Shown: positions 30,250 to 42,372, counted from the stretch's first letter. The stretch: 64,000 bases of DNA from Acidobacteriota bacterium (GCA_049967655.1 JBMFSH010000001.1:32001-96000), one strand, 5' to 3'. Made by a program: numbers and translations. Notes: generated by a model not told the origin, from the letters alone.

Positions 30250-30304
30250 CAATAATTGCGCGGCCGTATGGCCCGCCCAGGCGTTCGAGTTGAGGAGAGT
30301 TCAG

Positions 30305-30742
30305 ATGAGCACGTATTTTCCAAAGAATGGGGAGATTCCGCGGAACTGGTTCTTGGTGGATGCCGACGGAAAGACCCTGGGCAGGCTGGCGACCGAGGTG
30401 GCCCGCGTCCTCATGGGCAAGCACAAGACCTGCTATACGCCCCACGTCCAGACGGGCGACTTCGTCGTGGTGGTGAATGCCGAGAAGGTGCGGCTGACGG
30501 GTGCCAAGTGGACCGACAAGATCTACCGGCACCACTCGATGTACCCCGGAGGCTTGAAGGAGACGGCGGCCAGAGACCTCATGGCCAAGCAACCCACCCG
30601 CCTCATCGAAAAGGCCGTGAGGGGCATGCTGCCCAAGAACCGCATCGGGGACCGTCTGATACGGAAGATGAAGGTCTACGCCGGGGATCATCACCCCCAT
30701 CAGGCCCAGAAGCCTGAGCCCTTCCCAGTGAAATTGAGCTGA
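30305..30742 (+). CDS. rplM: 50S ribosomal protein L13
   Basis: WFLVDA..LGRLA, GKHK..YTPH..TGD, AVRGMLPKN, HPHQAQ. Confidence 0.98.
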   Translation: MSTYFPKNGEIPRNWFLVDADGKTLGRLATEVARVLMGKHKTCYTPHVQTGDFVVVVNAEKVRLTGAKWTDKIYRHHSMYPGGLKETAARDLMAKQPTRLIEKAVRGMLPKNRIGDRLIRKMKVYAGDHHPHQAQKPEPFPVKLS

Positions 30743-30759
30743 AAGCAGGAGTCTGAGGC

Positions 30760-31152
30760 ATGAGCGTGATCCAATACCAGGGAACCGGAAGGCGCAAGAC
30801 CTCGGTGGCTCGCGTCTACCTGCGGCCGGGGAAGGGCACCATTTCGGTGAACAAGCGGGAGTTCGAGAACTACTTTCCGAACCCCCTCCACCGGATGCTC
30901 ATCCAGAGCCCGCTGGTCATGACCAGCACGCTGGACAAGTTCGACATCTTCGTGAACGTTCAGGGCGGCGGGTCCTCGGGGCAGGCGGGTGCGGTCCGCC
31001 ACGGCATCAGCCGTGCCCTCCTGGAGTACAACCAGGAGCTCAGGGGCAAGCTGAAGGCCGCGGGCATGCTGACCCGCGACGCGCGCGAGGTGGAGCGCAA
31101 GAAGTACGGCCACCCCAAGGCGCGCAAACGGTTCCAGTTCAGCAAGCGTTAA
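30760..31152 (+). CDS. rpsI: 30S ribosomal protein S9
   Basis: [32 protein letters not shown]. Confidence 0.98.
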   Translation: MSVIQYQGTGRRKTSVARVYLRPGKGTISVNKREFENYFPNPLHRMLIQSPLVMTSTLDKFDIFVNVQGGGSSGQAGAVRHGISRALLEYNQELRGKLKAAGMLTRDAREVERKKYGHPKARKRFQFSKR

Positions 31153-31368
31153 CCTTCACCGGGAGGGCCCCCGCCGTTGGTGGGCCGTCCCGGCCGTCCT
31201 GGATCGCGGAGGGCTGTGGCCCTGCATCGGTCCGGGGAGGGTCGGGCTCCCGGTTCGAACGCGGTCCCGTCATCCCGCGGACAGGCAAGGGGCGGGCAAG
31301 GCGCCCACGGTGGGCCGCCTGGCCATAAGGCTTTCCGCCCCGTCTGCGGCAGCCAGAAGGAGGGTACC

Positions 31369-32259
31369 TTGGCTAATGTTACCATGAAAGAACTGCTTGA
31401 ATCCGGCGTCCACTTCGGCCACCTCACCCGGAAGTGGAACCCCAAGATGAAGCGTTACATCTTCGGTCAGCGAAACGGCATCCACATCATCGACCTGCAG
31501 CACACCCTGCGCGAGTTCAAGCAGGCCTCCGGCTTCGTGACCGATGTGGCCGCCCGGGGCGGCAAGGTCCTCTTCGTCGGGACCAAGCGCCAGGCGCAGG
31601 AGGCCATCCGCGAAGCCGCGGCCAGGGTCAACATGCCGTGCGTCACGGAGCGGTGGCTGGGCGGCACCCTCACGAACTTCCGCACCATCATGACGCGGGT
31701 TCAGCGCCTCAAGGACCTCTCCCGCATGGAGAGCGACTCCGCCTTCGAGAACCTCACCAAGAAGGAGAAGCTCCTCCTCTCTAAGGAGAAGGAGAAGCTG
31801 GAGACCATGCTCTCGGGCATCATGGAGATGAGCCGCCTTCCCGCGGCGCTCTTCGTGGTGGACCTGAAGCGGGAGAAGAACTGCATCCGGGAGGCGCGGA
31901 AGCTGGGCATCCCCGTGGTGGCCATGGTGGACACCAACTGCGACCCTGACGAGGCCGACTTCCCGATCCCCGCCAACGACGACGCGGTCCGCGCCATCCA
32001 GCTCTTCGCCTCGAAGATCGCCGAGGCGGTGGAGGAGGGGAAGGGCATCTACCAGGCCCAGCAGGAGGCCAAGGCCGAGTCCCAGGCTATGGCCGACAAG
32101 ATCGGCCGCGACACGGGCGAGATCGTGGACGAGGAGGCCGTCCCCGATGCCAAGCGCGGCAAGGCCCACGACAAGAAGGAAACCCCCGATAGGAAGATCC
32201 GCCGCGCCCCGTCCCGCAAGGCGGCTCTGTCCCGCCCCGCGGGCGAAGCGAAGGAGTGA
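31369..32259 (+). CDS. rpsB: 30S ribosomal protein S2
   Basis: [45 protein letters not shown] start after AAGGAGG; basic C-terminal extension. Confidence 0.97.
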   Translation: MANVTMKELLESGVHFGHLTRKWNPKMKRYIFGQRNGIHIIDLQHTLREFKQASGFVTDVAARGGKVLFVGTKRQAQEAIREAAARVNMPCVTERWLGGTLTNFRTIMTRVQRLKDLSRMESDSAFENLTKKEKLLLSKEKEKLETMLSGIMEMSRLPAALFVVDLKREKNCIREARKLGIPVVAMVDTNCDPDEADFPIPANDDAVRAIQLFASKIAEAVEEGKGIYQAQQEAKAESQAMADKIGRDTGEIVDEEAVPDAKRGKAHDKKETPDRKIRRAPSRKAALSRPAGEAKE

Positions 32260-32264
32260 TCCCC

Positions 32265-33161
32265 ATGGCTATTTCCCCCAAGCTCGTTCAGGAATTGAGA
32301 GAGAAGACGGGCGTCGGTATGATGGACTGCAAGCGCGCCCTGGAGGAGTCGGGGGGTAACCTCGACGAGGCCGTCAAGGTCCTTCGCAAGAAGGGTGTCG
32401 CGACGGCCGAAAAGAAGGCCATGCGGGCCGCCTCGGAGGGCTTGGTGTTCGCCCATGTGGCCGGGAACGCCAAGGTGGGCGTGCTCATCGAGGTGAACTG
32501 CGAGACGGACTTCGTCGCCAAGACCGACGACTTCCAATCCCTGGTGGCCAGCCTGGCCCGCCAGGTGGTGGAGGGCGCCCCCTCTTCGCCCGAGGCCTTG
32601 CTGGAGCAGCCGTTCCACGCGGACACGGCGCAGAAGGTGAAGGACGCCATCGTGGCCAAGGTGGCCAAGCTCGGCGAGAACATCCAGGTGCGCCGTTTCG
32701 ACCGCTACCAGACCGCGGAAGGGACCGTGGCCGCCTACATCCACCCCGGCAGCAAGATCGGCGTGCTCATGGAGGCCTCGTGCTCGGACGCCGGCATGAC
32801 GAATGGCGAGGAGTACTCCCAGATCGTCAAGGATCTCTGCATGCAGGTGGCCGCGTCGGTGCCGAAGTTCGTGGGGCGCGACCAGGTCACCCCGGAGGTG
32901 CTCGCGGGCGAACGCGAGATCTACCGGGCCCAGGTACTGGCCCAGGGCAAGCCCGCCAACATCGTGGATAAGATCGTTGAGGGCAAGATGAACAAGTTCT
33001 ACGAGGAGAGCTGCCTCCTGGAGCAGCCCTTCATCAAGGACCCCTCGATCAGCGTCCAGAAGCATCTTGCCTCCGTGGCCGGCGACAAGATTCGGGTGAG
33101 GCGCTTCACGCGCTACGTGCTCGGGGAGGGGCTCAAGCCCTCCGGGTGCGACGCCCCCTAA
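32265..33161 (+). CDS. tsf: translation elongation factor Ts
   Basis: LREKTGVGMMDCK, EVNCETDFVA, GENI. Confidence 0.97.
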   Translation: MAISPKLVQELREKTGVGMMDCKRALEESGGNLDEAVKVLRKKGVATAEKKAMRAASEGLVFAHVAGNAKVGVLIEVNCETDFVAKTDDFQSLVASLARQVVEGAPSSPEALLEQPFHADTAQKVKDAIVAKVAKLGENIQVRRFDRYQTAEGTVAAYIHPGSKIGVLMEASCSDAGMTNGEEYSQIVKDLCMQVAASVPKFVGRDQVTPEVLAGEREIYRAQVLAQGKPANIVDKIVEGKMNKFYEESCLLEQPFIKDPSISVQKHLASVAGDKIRVRRFTRYVLGEGLKPSGCDAP

Positions 33162-33173
33162 CCGGGACAGTCG

Positions 33174-33203
33174 AAGGGCGGCCGCGGGCCGCCCTTTAGT
33201 TTT
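33174..33203 (+). terminator. stem-loop with T-rich tail after tsf
   Basis: AAGGGCGGCC-GCG-GGCCGCCCTT then TAGTTT. Confidence 0.6.
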
Positions 33204-33242
33204 ATCCGGCGTCCTTGTAAGATGGCGAGGAGGTCGACGACC

Positions 33243-33956
33243 ATGGCGGGAGCCGTCTACAAGCGCATACTCCTGAAAATCTCCGGCGAGGCCCTGATGG
33301 GCTCGGTGCCATACGGCATCAACCCCGATGCCGTCTCCACCGTGGCCTCCGAGATCCAGGAGATCCACGGCATGGGAGTCAGCATAGCCCTCGTGGTGGG
33401 AGGCGGAAACATCTTTCGCGGAATCCAGGCGCAGGAGCAGGGGCTGGATCGCGTGACAGCCGACTCCATGGGGATGCTCGCCACGGTCATCAACGGACTG
33501 GCCCTCCAGGATGCCTTGGAGCAGAGGGGCGTGAGCACACGCCTCATGACGGCCATCGCCATGCACGCGCTGGCCGAGCCCTACATCAGGCGCCGCGCGA
33601 TTCGCCACCTCGAAAAGGGCAGGGTCGTGATCTTCGCCGCCGGCACGGGAAGCCCCTACTTCACCACCGACTCCGCCGCCGCGCTGCGGGCCACCGAGAT
33701 CAAGGCGGAGCTCCTCCTCAAGGCCACCAAGGTGGATGGAGTGTACTCGGCCGATCCCAAGAAGGATCCTTCGGCCCAGCGCTATGAGAGCCTGACCTAC
33801 CTGAAGGCGCTGGAGATGGGGTTGAAGGTGATGGATGCCACGGCCATCAGCCTCTGCATGGAGAACCGGATCCCGATCAGGGTCTTCGACCTCTTCGAGG
33901 AGGGCAACATCCGAAGGATCGTAGAAGGCGCCCCCATCGGCTCCATCGTGCAGTGA
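33243..33956 (+). CDS. pyrH: UMP kinase
   Basis: [38 protein letters not shown]. Confidence 0.97.
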   Translation: MAGAVYKRILLKISGEALMGSVPYGINPDAVSTVASEIQEIHGMGVSIALVVGGGNIFRGIQAQEQGLDRVTADSMGMLATVINGLALQDALEQRGVSTRLMTAIAMHALAEPYIRRRAIRHLEKGRVVIFAAGTGSPYFTTDSAAALRATEIKAELLLKATKVDGVYSADPKKDPSAQRYESLTYLKALEMGLKVMDATAISLCMENRIPIRVFDLFEEGNIRRIVEGAPIGSIVQ

Positions 33957-34011
33957 GGGAGGGGAGGAAGGGCCGCCGAGCGGCCCGTGGACAGACCAGC
34001 GGAGGTGACGC

Positions 34012-34569
34012 ATGCTCAAGGACATCCTCAGGGAAGTGGAAGAGAAGATGAAAGCTTCCGTCGAGGCGACCCAGCACGAGCTGTCGCTGCTTCGGACCGG
34101 AAAGGCCAATCTGAGCATTCTGGAGCCCGTGAAGGTGGACTACTACGGGTCCAAAGCGCCGCTCAACCAGGTGGCCACCCTCTCCGTGCCGGAACCCCGC
34201 ATGATCATGGTTCAGCCTTGGGAGCCGAAACAGATCCCGGCCATCGAGCGCGCGATTTTGGAGGCCAACATCGGTCTCAACCCATCCAGCGACGGCCGCG
34301 TGATCCGCATTCCCATCCCGGCCCTCACCGAAGAACGCAGGAAGGACCTCTGTAAGAGGGCCCGCGAGGTGGGGGAGAAAGGGAAGGTGGCCATCCGCCA
34401 CATCCGCCACGAGGGGAGGGGGCAGGTGGAAAAGGAGGAGAAGGCCAAGGCCATCTCCGAGGACGACCGCGACCAGTCGTTTGAAAAGATCCAGCACCTG
34501 CACGATATGCACATCGAGGAGATCAGCCGGTCCGTCACCCGCAAGGAGGCGGACATCATGGAGGTGTGA
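34012..34569 (+). CDS. frr: ribosome recycling factor
   Basis: RTGKA, VDYYG, LNP, LTEERRK. Confidence 0.97.
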   Translation: MLKDILREVEEKMKASVEATQHELSLLRTGKANLSILEPVKVDYYGSKAPLNQVATLSVPEPRMIMVQPWEPKQIPAIERAILEANIGLNPSSDGRVIRIPIPALTEERRKDLCKRAREVGEKGKVAIRHIRHEGRGQVEKEEKAKAISEDDRDQSFEKIQHLHDMHIEEISRSVTRKEADIMEV

Positions 34570-34570
34570 G

Positions 34571-35275
34571 GTGCATCCTCCCAGGCGGCTCGGTGTCGCG
34601 GTCCTGGCGGGAGGAATGGGAACCCGCCTGGGAGGCGCGGCGCCCAAGCCGCTGACTCCGATCCTCGGACACCCCATGATCCACTACAGCCTCCGCGTGT
34701 TCGAGGCGATCCCCGAGGTCTCCTCCGTCGTCGTGGCCATCGCCGACACCGTGGGCCCGCTCCTGGACCGGGCCCTCCTGCCTTACCCGCGACGCTGCTA
34801 CAAGGGGTGGGTGCCGGGGGGGCCGACCCGGCCCGAATCAGCCCTGGCGGCCCTCCGGGTCCTGGAGGAGGACGCGCCCGAGGTGGTATTGATCCACGAC
34901 GCGGCCCGCCCCCTGGTGGCGGAGGAGGACGTGCAGGCCCTACTGGCGGCGCTCCCGGGTCACGACGGAGCCTTTCTGGGCGCGCCCGCCGTGGACACGC
35001 TGTGGCAGGTGGACGGGCAGATGGCGCAGGAGGCCGTGGATCGCAGCAGGCTCGTTCGCGCGTACACGCCCCAGGCCTTCCCCTTCGCCACGGTCCTGGA
35101 GGCCTACGCCCGTGGGCTCGCGGAGGGGTTCCACGGCACCGACGACGCCTCCTTCGTGCGTCACTTCGGCGGGGATGTGGTTTGGGTGCGGGGCTACTCC
35201 TGGAACATCAAGGTGACCTACCCCGAGGACGTGGCTCTGGCGGAATCCATTCTGGAGGGCAAGGGATGCGCGTAG
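34571..35275 (+). CDS. ispD: 2-C-methyl-D-erythritol 4-phosphate cytidylyltransferase
   Basis: LAGGMGTRLG..PK, GGPTR, IHDAARP, TPQAF, TDD, NIKVT. Confidence 0.9.
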   Translation: MHPPRRLGVAVLAGGMGTRLGGAAPKPLTPILGHPMIHYSLRVFEAIPEVSSVVVAIADTVGPLLDRALLPYPRRCYKGWVPGGPTRPESALAALRVLEEDAPEVVLIHDAARPLVAEEDVQALLAALPGHDGAFLGAPAVDTLWQVDGQMAQEAVDRSRLVRAYTPQAFPFATVLEAYARGLAEGFHGTDDASFVRHFGGDVVWVRGYSWNIKVTYPEDVALAESILEGKGCA

Positions 35276-35766
35276 GGCACGGATGGGACCTGCATCGTTT
35301 GGTGGCCGGACGGCCCTTCAGGCTCGGGGGGCTCACCATTCCCCACAGCCGGGGCTCGCTCGGCCATTCGGATGGGGACGTGCTTCTGCACGCCCTCATG
35401 GACGCCCTGCTGGGTGCGGCGGGGTTCGGCGACATAGGGCTCCACTTCCCGGATACGGACGCCCGGTGGAAGGACGCCGACAGCAGCGTCCTGTGCGACC
35501 AGGTGCTGGAGAAGGTGAACCGGGCGGGCTTCACCCCGGTGAACGCCGACGTGACGGTGATCGCGCAGGAGCCCAAGCTCTCCCCCTACCGTGACGCCCT
35601 CCGGGACAGCGTGGCGCGCCACCTCAACCTCCATCCCAAATGCGTGAACATCAAGGCCAAGACGACGGAGGGACTGGGGGACATCGGTGCCGGCCTGGCG
35701 GTGGCCTGCCACGCCGTGGTTCTCCTGGAGGAGATCCCCAAGGAGGGGCCTGGGTTCGGGCCCTGA
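35266..35766 (+). CDS. ispF: 2-C-methyl-D-erythritol 2,4-cyclodiphosphate synthase
   Basis: RVGHGWDLH, HSDGDV.LHA..DALLGA, DIG.HFPD, KAKTTE. Confidence 0.95.
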   Translation: MRVGHGWDLHRLVAGRPFRLGGLTIPHSRGSLGHSDGDVLLHALMDALLGAAGFGDIGLHFPDTDARWKDADSSVLCDQVLEKVNRAGFTPVNADVTVIAQEPKLSPYRDALRDSVARHLNLHPKCVNIKAKTTEGLGDIGAGLAVACHAVVLLEEIPKEGPGFGP

Positions 35767-35892
35767 CCTCCCTGCCGCCCTTAACGGGGTGCGGATCCCG
35801 AGCTTCCCACCGCTTCCTGGCACCTCCGCGCGCATCATCCGCCGGATCGGTCGGGGTGTCGGCCTTGTGCATCGGCGCTCCCTCGGTCTAGA

Positions 35893-37292
<1,400 letters not shown>

Positions 37293-37296
<4 letters not shown>

Positions 37297-37946
37297 GACC
37301 AGAGGACGAACGGCTCTTCTTCGAGCACGACCTGGCCACGCCCCTGACCAACCTTCAGGGGGCCCACTACCTTCTCAAGATGGTGGTCGGCAGCGATCCC
37401 CGGTCGGCCGACGCCATGGAGGTTCTCTCCCACAGCATCCGGACCCTTGAGCGCATGCTCGGCTGGTACTGGCGCACGCGGGAGCTCCTCGACGGACGGG
37501 AGGCCGGCCCCGTGGAGCCCTGGCCGGCCAGCACGCTGGGAAAGGGGATTCGGGAGCGGATCGAGGAAGAGAGGCTTCCCGTGGATCCTCCCGACGAGCA
37601 CCTGGGGAAGGCCCTCCTGAGTGTGTCCCAGGAATCCCTTACCGCGGGGCTCATCGGTGCGGCGATCACGCTGCTCGCAGCCTCCAAGGCGGTTCCGAGG
37701 TGGGAGCTGGAGGAGGCGCCGGGGCTCATCCTAAGCCGCTACAGCCTGGAGGGCGACGCGGACCTTCTGGACGAGGAGCGGCTTTTCCACAAGGTGTACT
37801 GGCCCTCCGCGAGACCCATGGAGGCTTGGCTGGATCCGGGCCTTCCTTACCTGGAGGCGCTGCTCAAGCCCTTCGGAGGGAGCCTGGAGCTCTGCTGGCG
37901 AAGCGGCCTCTGGAGGCTGGAGTGCTTTGTGCCGGTGAGGCCGTGA
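37293..37946 (+). CDS. histidine-kinase-like protein (HisKA H-box, degenerate ATPase domain), putative phosphotransferase
   Basis: EHDLATPL at the N-terminus; no N/G1/F boxes seen; GTGA overlaps on both sides. Confidence 0.6.
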
Positions 37947-38305
37947 AGCGGGTCCTGATCGTAGAGGATGACGCCCACCTCCGGAGGATGTTCCGCGCTC
38001 TCCTGGAAAACGAGGGCTTCGAGGTGCGCGAGGCAGAGGACGGAAGCCAAGGGCTCGCCTCGGTCCTGAGCGAAGCTCCCGACTGCATCATCACGGACAC
38101 CATGATGCCCCGCATGGACGGATTGGCCATGCTTCGCCACCTCGCCGCCGGGGGCCCGCCCGTTCCGGCGATCCTGATCTCCGCCGCCTTCAACCTGCCG
38201 GATAACCGGCAGTTGAAGGAGCTGGGAGTGGTGAAGGTGTTCGGGAAGCCCTTCGCCTTCGACCGGCTCGTGGAGGCCGTGCGCCTGGCGGTTCGAGGGT
38301 CGTGA
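37943..38305 (+). CDS. single-domain response regulator
   Basis: VLIVEDD, TDTMMPRMDG, ISA, GKPF. Confidence 0.9.
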   Translation: MKRVLIVEDDAHLRRMFRALLENEGFEVREAEDGSQGLASVLSEAPDCIITDTMMPRMDGLAMLRHLAAGGPPVPAILISAAFNLPDNRQLKELGVVKVFGKPFAFDRLVEAVRLAVRGS

Positions 38306-38316
38306 GGCGGGGCTCC

Positions 38317-38901
38317 TCAGAGAAGGTCCCTAAGACTCATCCGCATCTGGGGCAACAGCCGGTAGAACAGATCGAGAGGCAAGCCCACGACGTTGTGGAA
38401 GGAGCCCTCGATCCGCCGGAGGAAGACCGCGCCGATCCCTTGCGCCGCGTAGGCCCCCGCCTTGTCCATGGGCTCCCCGGTCCCCACGTACCAGGCGATC
38501 TCCGCCTCCGACAACGGATGAAAGGTCACCCCGGTGCTGCTGACCCCCTCGGCCCGCTCGCCGGCACGCAGCAGACACATACCCGTGAGGACCGTGTGGG
38601 TCCGGCCGGAGAGCCTCCGCAGCATTCCGGCCGCCTCACCCTCGTCGCAGGGCTGTCCCATGGCGCTCCCGTCCAGGACGACGAGCGTGTCGGCGCCGAT
38701 GACCAAGTCCGCCCCAGGTTCCAGGGAGGCCACGTGCTCCGCCTTGCGGCGTGCGAGGCGGACCACCTGCGCCTCGGCACCTTCTCCCGGCATGGGCTCC
38801 TCGGAAATGCCGGAGGGCACGGCCCGGTGGGGCACGCCTAAGAGGTCGAGAAGGTCCGTCCGGCGCGGGCTTCGGGAGGCGAGAACCACGTCCATCACCA
38901 T
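38317..38901 (-). CDS. maf: Maf family nucleoside triphosphate pyrophosphatase
   Basis: LASRSPRR, GADT, DKAGAY, NVVGLP. Confidence 0.92.
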   Translation of the reverse strand: MVMDVVLASRSPRRTDLLDLLGVPHRAVPSGISEEPMPGEGAEAQVVRLARRKAEHVASLEPGADLVIGADTLVVLDGSAMGQPCDEGEAAGMLRRLSGRTHTVLTGMCLLRAGERAEGVSSTGVTFHPLSEAEIAWYVGTGEPMDKAGAYAAQGIGAVFLRRIEGSFHNVVGLPLDLFYRLLPQMRMSLRDLL

Positions 38902-39010
38902 GCCGGCGCTCCTGGCGGCCCGTCGGCTCCAGGCCCCCGCTCGAAAGTCCGTGGGTGTCCGCCTGGGAGGGCCGTGGGGGATGCGCTTGAGGGTTCGAAC
39001 ACGAAGAGGC

Positions 39011-39277
39011 TCACTTCCAGAATTTCACGACGAGGTAGATGGCCAGCAGCAGCCCCACCAGCGTCAGGGGATTCACCGAGAGGGTGATGCCGAAGATGAC
39101 CTGCAACACCGAGAGATCCAGGTGCAGCGGCTCCTTCAGGCCGATGGAGACGCCCTTGAAGAAGAGGTTGTGCGCCGCTCCCCCTGGAAGAAGCATGCCC
39201 ACGACCTGGCCCAGCAGGGTGCCGATGACCGCGCCCACGAGCAGGATCATCAGGGCGCCGAACCAGCCCAGCTTCAC
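39011..39277 (-). CDS. small membrane protein (DUF4321-like)
   Basis: two to three TM segments, P..LDL.V...FG; adjacent to maf. Confidence 0.65.
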   Translation of the reverse strand: MKLGWFGALMILLVGAVIGTLLGQVVGMLLPGGAAHNLFFKGVSIGLKEPLHLDLSVLQVIFGITLSVNPLTLVGLLLAIYLVVKFWK

Positions 39278-39582
39278 TGAATGAGCCCCTTGGGAACGGG
39301 CATGGGAGGTTCCACCGGGATGGGACCGAAGGCCTTCTCGTACCGCTCCAGATTCTCCGCCAGCGTCCTGACGATCTGCTTGAGGGCGATGGGGTTGGTC
39401 ATGAGCCGGGAGAGAACTTTCACCTCGGGCTTGCCCGGGATCATGCGGCCGAAGTCCATGACGAACTCCGCCTGGTTGTGAAAGACCGAGAGAAAGTTCA
39501 CGTAGGTGCCCTCGGCGACCTTCTCGTCCACCTGGATTTTGAGCTCAAAGCCCTGGGGTTTGTCCGCCTTCTTGTCGCTCAT
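39274..39582 (-). CDS. DUF3467 family protein
   Basis: EG.YVN....H...EFVMDF, K......L.EN...YE..FG.I. Confidence 0.8.
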   Translation of the reverse strand: MSDKKADKPQGFELKIQVDEKVAEGTYVNFLSVFHNQAEFVMDFGRMIPGKPEVKVLSRLMTNPIALKQIVRTLAENLERYEKAFGPIPVEPPMPVPKGLIQ

Positions 39583-41020
39583 CGGGTTTCTCCTCAAAGC
39601 CCGATGTTACGGCCGTTCCTGCCGAGGAGTCAACGGCCGGGACCGGTCGCGTCCTCAGGACTTCGGGCAGGGCCGATGCCCGGTGGGAGAGTACGGCGCA
39701 GTCCAATCCGCCGTCGCGGAGCGCCAGGGATACTCGGGTGCCCGGGGGAGCCTGCGCGCTGCTCGTGAGGGACCGCCCCCCTTGCAGAAAGGCGGCGGCG
39801 TAGCCGCGGCCGAGCGTGTTGAGGGGGCTCAGCGAATTGAGCGTGCGCGTCAGACCGCCGAACCGCTCCCTCCGCCGTTCCAGCCCCCCCGCCACGGCGG
39901 TCCGCATCCTTCGCCGCGCCTCCTCGTGCCCGGTGGCGAAGGCCGCCAGCGTGCGCCGGATGGTCTCGGGGGAGAGCGTCCGCCGGCAGAGTTCCAGCCT
40001 GTGGGCACCCTGGGCCAGCTTGGCCGAGACCGCCCGCGCCGCCGCGTCCACCGCCCTGTCGCTGCGCTCCTGGGCGCGCTCCAGGGCCTTCACGAGGGAC
40101 CCCTGGAGACGATCGGGCCGACTGGCGGCCAGCCTCTGCCTGCAAGAGGCCAAGCGGGCGAGGGTGAGATCGAAAAGCCTCCGCTCGGCCCCCCCCGCGC
40201 GCTGGAGCGCCGACTCCCCCATCGAGGTCAGCAGCTCAGCCGCCACGGACGGCGTCGGCGCTCGGAGGTCCGCGGTGAGGTCGGTGAGCACCGTATCCAC
40301 CTCGTGCCCGACGGCTGAGATCACCGGGACTGGGCAGCCCGCCACTTCCCTGGCTAGCGCCTCGTCGTTAAACGCCCAGAGGTCCTCCATGGAGCCGCCT
40401 CCCCTGGTGAGGACCACGACCTCCATGCCGGGCCGGCGAGCGACTCTGGCGAGGGCCCTCCTCAGGCTCTCGGGCGCCCCCGCGCCCTGCACCAGGGCCG
40501 GGGCAACCACCACCTCGAAGGCCGCTCTTCTCCTGCGGAGCACCGAGAGGAAATCCCGGAGGGCGGCCCCCTCCAGCGATGTGACCACGCCCACGCGGGC
40601 GGGAAAGGGAGGCAGAGGCCGCTTGCGCGCGGGATCCGTAACGCCGTCCGCCATCAGCCTCCGCTTGGCTTGTTCGAAGGCCATCTGGAGCGCACCTAGC
40701 CCCGAGGGCTCGACGGCCGTCACGTAGAGCTGGAGATCCCCCGAGCCTTCGTAGAGGGAGAGCCGTCCCCGCGCCAAGATCTTCAGACCGTTCTCCATCG
40801 AGAAGGGCACGCGGAGGGCGTGGGCGCGGAAGAGGACGGCCTTGAGGGAGGCCGACTCGTCCTTCAGCGTGAAGTAGCAGTGGCCCGAGGCGGCCCTCTT
40901 GAAGCTCGTGACCTCGCCCTCCACCCACAGGTCGGGAAAGGCCTGCTCCAGCTCGGAGGCCAGCAGCCTGACGATTTCCGAGACCGCGTAGACGGGCCGT
41001 CCGGCCCACTCCTTCGGCAT
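39545..41020 (-). CDS. xseA: exodeoxyribonuclease VII large subunit
   Basis: WVEGEV, SGHCYFTLKD, RGGGSMEDLWAFN, SAVGHEVD, RAPTPS, LSP..TLGRGY. Confidence 0.95.
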   Translation of the reverse strand: MPKEWAGRPVYAVSEIVRLLASELEQAFPDLWVEGEVTSFKRAASGHCYFTLKDESASLKAVLFRAHALRVPFSMENGLKILARGRLSLYEGSGDLQLYVTAVEPSGLGALQMAFEQAKRRLMADGVTDPARKRPLPPFPARVGVVTSLEGAALRDFLSVLRRRRAAFEVVVAPALVQGAGAPESLRRALARVARRPGMEVVVLTRGGGSMEDLWAFNDEALAREVAGCPVPVISAVGHEVDTVLTDLTADLRAPTPSVAAELLTSMGESALQRAGGAERRLFDLTLARLASCRQRLAASRPDRLQGSLVKALERAQERSDRAVDAAARAVSAKLAQGAHRLELCRRTLSPETIRRTLAAFATGHEEARRRMRTAVAGGLERRRERFGGLTRTLNSLSPLNTLGRGYAAAFLQGGRSLTSSAQAPPGTRVSLALRDGGLDCAVLSHRASALPEVLRTRPVPAVDSSAGTAVTSGFEEKPDERQEGGQTPGL

Positions 41021-41035
41021 GTAAGGTAGGATAAG

Positions 41036-41216
41036 TCGGAATGGGGAATTCGGAAAGCGCAATTCGAAAAGAGAATCGCACCACCAAGGCACCAAGACAC
41101 CAAGAAAGGCGGAAGTGGAAAGGCGTAAGGCGGAAGATGGTTGAAGGTCCACGGCCGGTGGACGATGGTCGGTGGCAGGATGAGCAGCGAGCAGCGAGTG
41201 CCGAGTAACGAGTGGC
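41036..41216. repeat. mosaic of degenerate 7- and 8-nt tandem repeats
   Basis: TCGGAAT-type, (CACCAAGR)3, AAGGCGG-type and GAGCAGC-type blocks in the xseA/sfsA divergent spacer. Confidence 0.7.
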
Positions 41217-41321
41217 CTCCCGCGGGCTGGCGCTCTTTCATCCCCGCTCCCTCACGGAGAGTCGGCACATTCGGCTTTCGCGGCGGCCCCTCTCCGGCTA
41301 TGCTGTCGGCTGGAGTCCCCC

Positions 41322-42056
41322 ATGGTCGTGACGGAACCCCTGGTCGAGGCCGCCTTCGTCAGGCGCTACAAGCGTTTCCTGATGGACGTACGCCTGGCGG
41401 ACGGCTCGCTCCTCACGGTGCACTGTCCCAACTCGGGAAGCATGGAGGGGTGTCTGGCCGAGGGGGCTCCCGTCCTCCTGACCAGGGCCTCGAACCCCTC
41501 CAGGCGGCTCGCCTTCACCGCCGAGTGGATCCGCCTGCCGGGAGGTTGGGTGGGGATCAACACGCACCGCACCAACCACATCGTCCACGACGCCCTTCGC
41601 CGGAGCCTGGTCCCCGAACTGGAGGGCTACGAAACCGTCCGTCGCGAAGTCCCCTACGGCAAGCGCAGCCGGGTGGATTTCCTGCTGGAAGGCCCCGGCC
41701 TGCCGCCCTGCTACGTGGAGGTGAAGAACACCACGTGGCCCACGCCCGACGGAGGAATCGGCTTCCCCGACGCGGTCACGGAGCGAGGCCTCAAACACCT
41801 GCGCGAACTGCGCTGCGTCGTCCGGGAGGGAGGCCGCTCCGTCATGCTTTTCGTCGTGAACCGTGAGGGCGGCTCCTTTTTTAGGGCCGCCCACGAGAAG
41901 GACCCCGCCTACGCCCGGGCCCTGGCGGCAGCGGCGAAGGCGGGCGTGGAGGTGCTGGCCTACCGCGTGCGCTTCGACGTGCCCTCGGTGGTTCTGGCCG
42001 AGACCCTGCCCTGTCTGCGGAAGAAAAATGGAACCTTGGAGCCTCTGTTTGCGTAA
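41322..42056 (+). CDS. sfsA: DNA/RNA nuclease SfsA
   Basis: RRYKRF, HCPNSGSM, REV.YG, SRVDF, VEVKN, FPDAVT.RG.KHL. Confidence 0.95.
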   Translation: MVVTEPLVEAAFVRRYKRFLMDVRLADGSLLTVHCPNSGSMEGCLAEGAPVLLTRASNPSRRLAFTAEWIRLPGGWVGINTHRTNHIVHDALRRSLVPELEGYETVRREVPYGKRSRVDFLLEGPGLPPCYVEVKNTTWPTPDGGIGFPDAVTERGLKHLRELRCVVREGGRSVMLFVVNREGGSFFRAAHEKDPAYARALAAAAKAGVEVLAYRVRFDVPSVVLAETLPCLRKKNGTLEPLFA

Positions 42057-42372
42057 AAGCCCAATCCCGCGATGGAGGAGGGGAATAGCCGTGGAAGGCG
42101 CGACAGATGACGCACGCTGGGAAAGGGGGTCACACCCACTGAGGGATTGGGGGCCATCGAGCCGAAGGCGAAGAGGGCGCCGAGGGAGAGGTGGGGCCCC
42201 ATCGGGCTTTGCCCGTGGGGCGGGGCCCCGTAGGGCAATCTCCCGAACCGTCGGGCTTAGCTCGCGGTTCGGGGGGGCAAGGCCATGGCCCTCCCCGTCC
42301 AGGAGATAACGCCTTTCTCCCGTGAACCCGAGCCGTAGCCGGAGGCACTCGCGTTTCCATCGCGGAATTTGC
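42056..42372. mobile_element. putative MITE-like non-coding element
   Basis: imperfect inverted repeats 42060-42076 / 42356-42372 (14/17), TTTGCGTA at both ends, internal hairpins; related 17-mer at 7221. Confidence 0.4.

Noticed and set aside
31153..31368. rpsB autoregulatory leader or tRNA
   Set aside because: GC-rich stems and a GGTTCGAAC word are present, but no cloverleaf or recognisable leader consensus could be built.
35826..35845. sigma54 promoter near the second NtrC-type gene (TGGCAC at about 35818)
   Set aside because: The GC is not at the required GG-N10-GC spacing.
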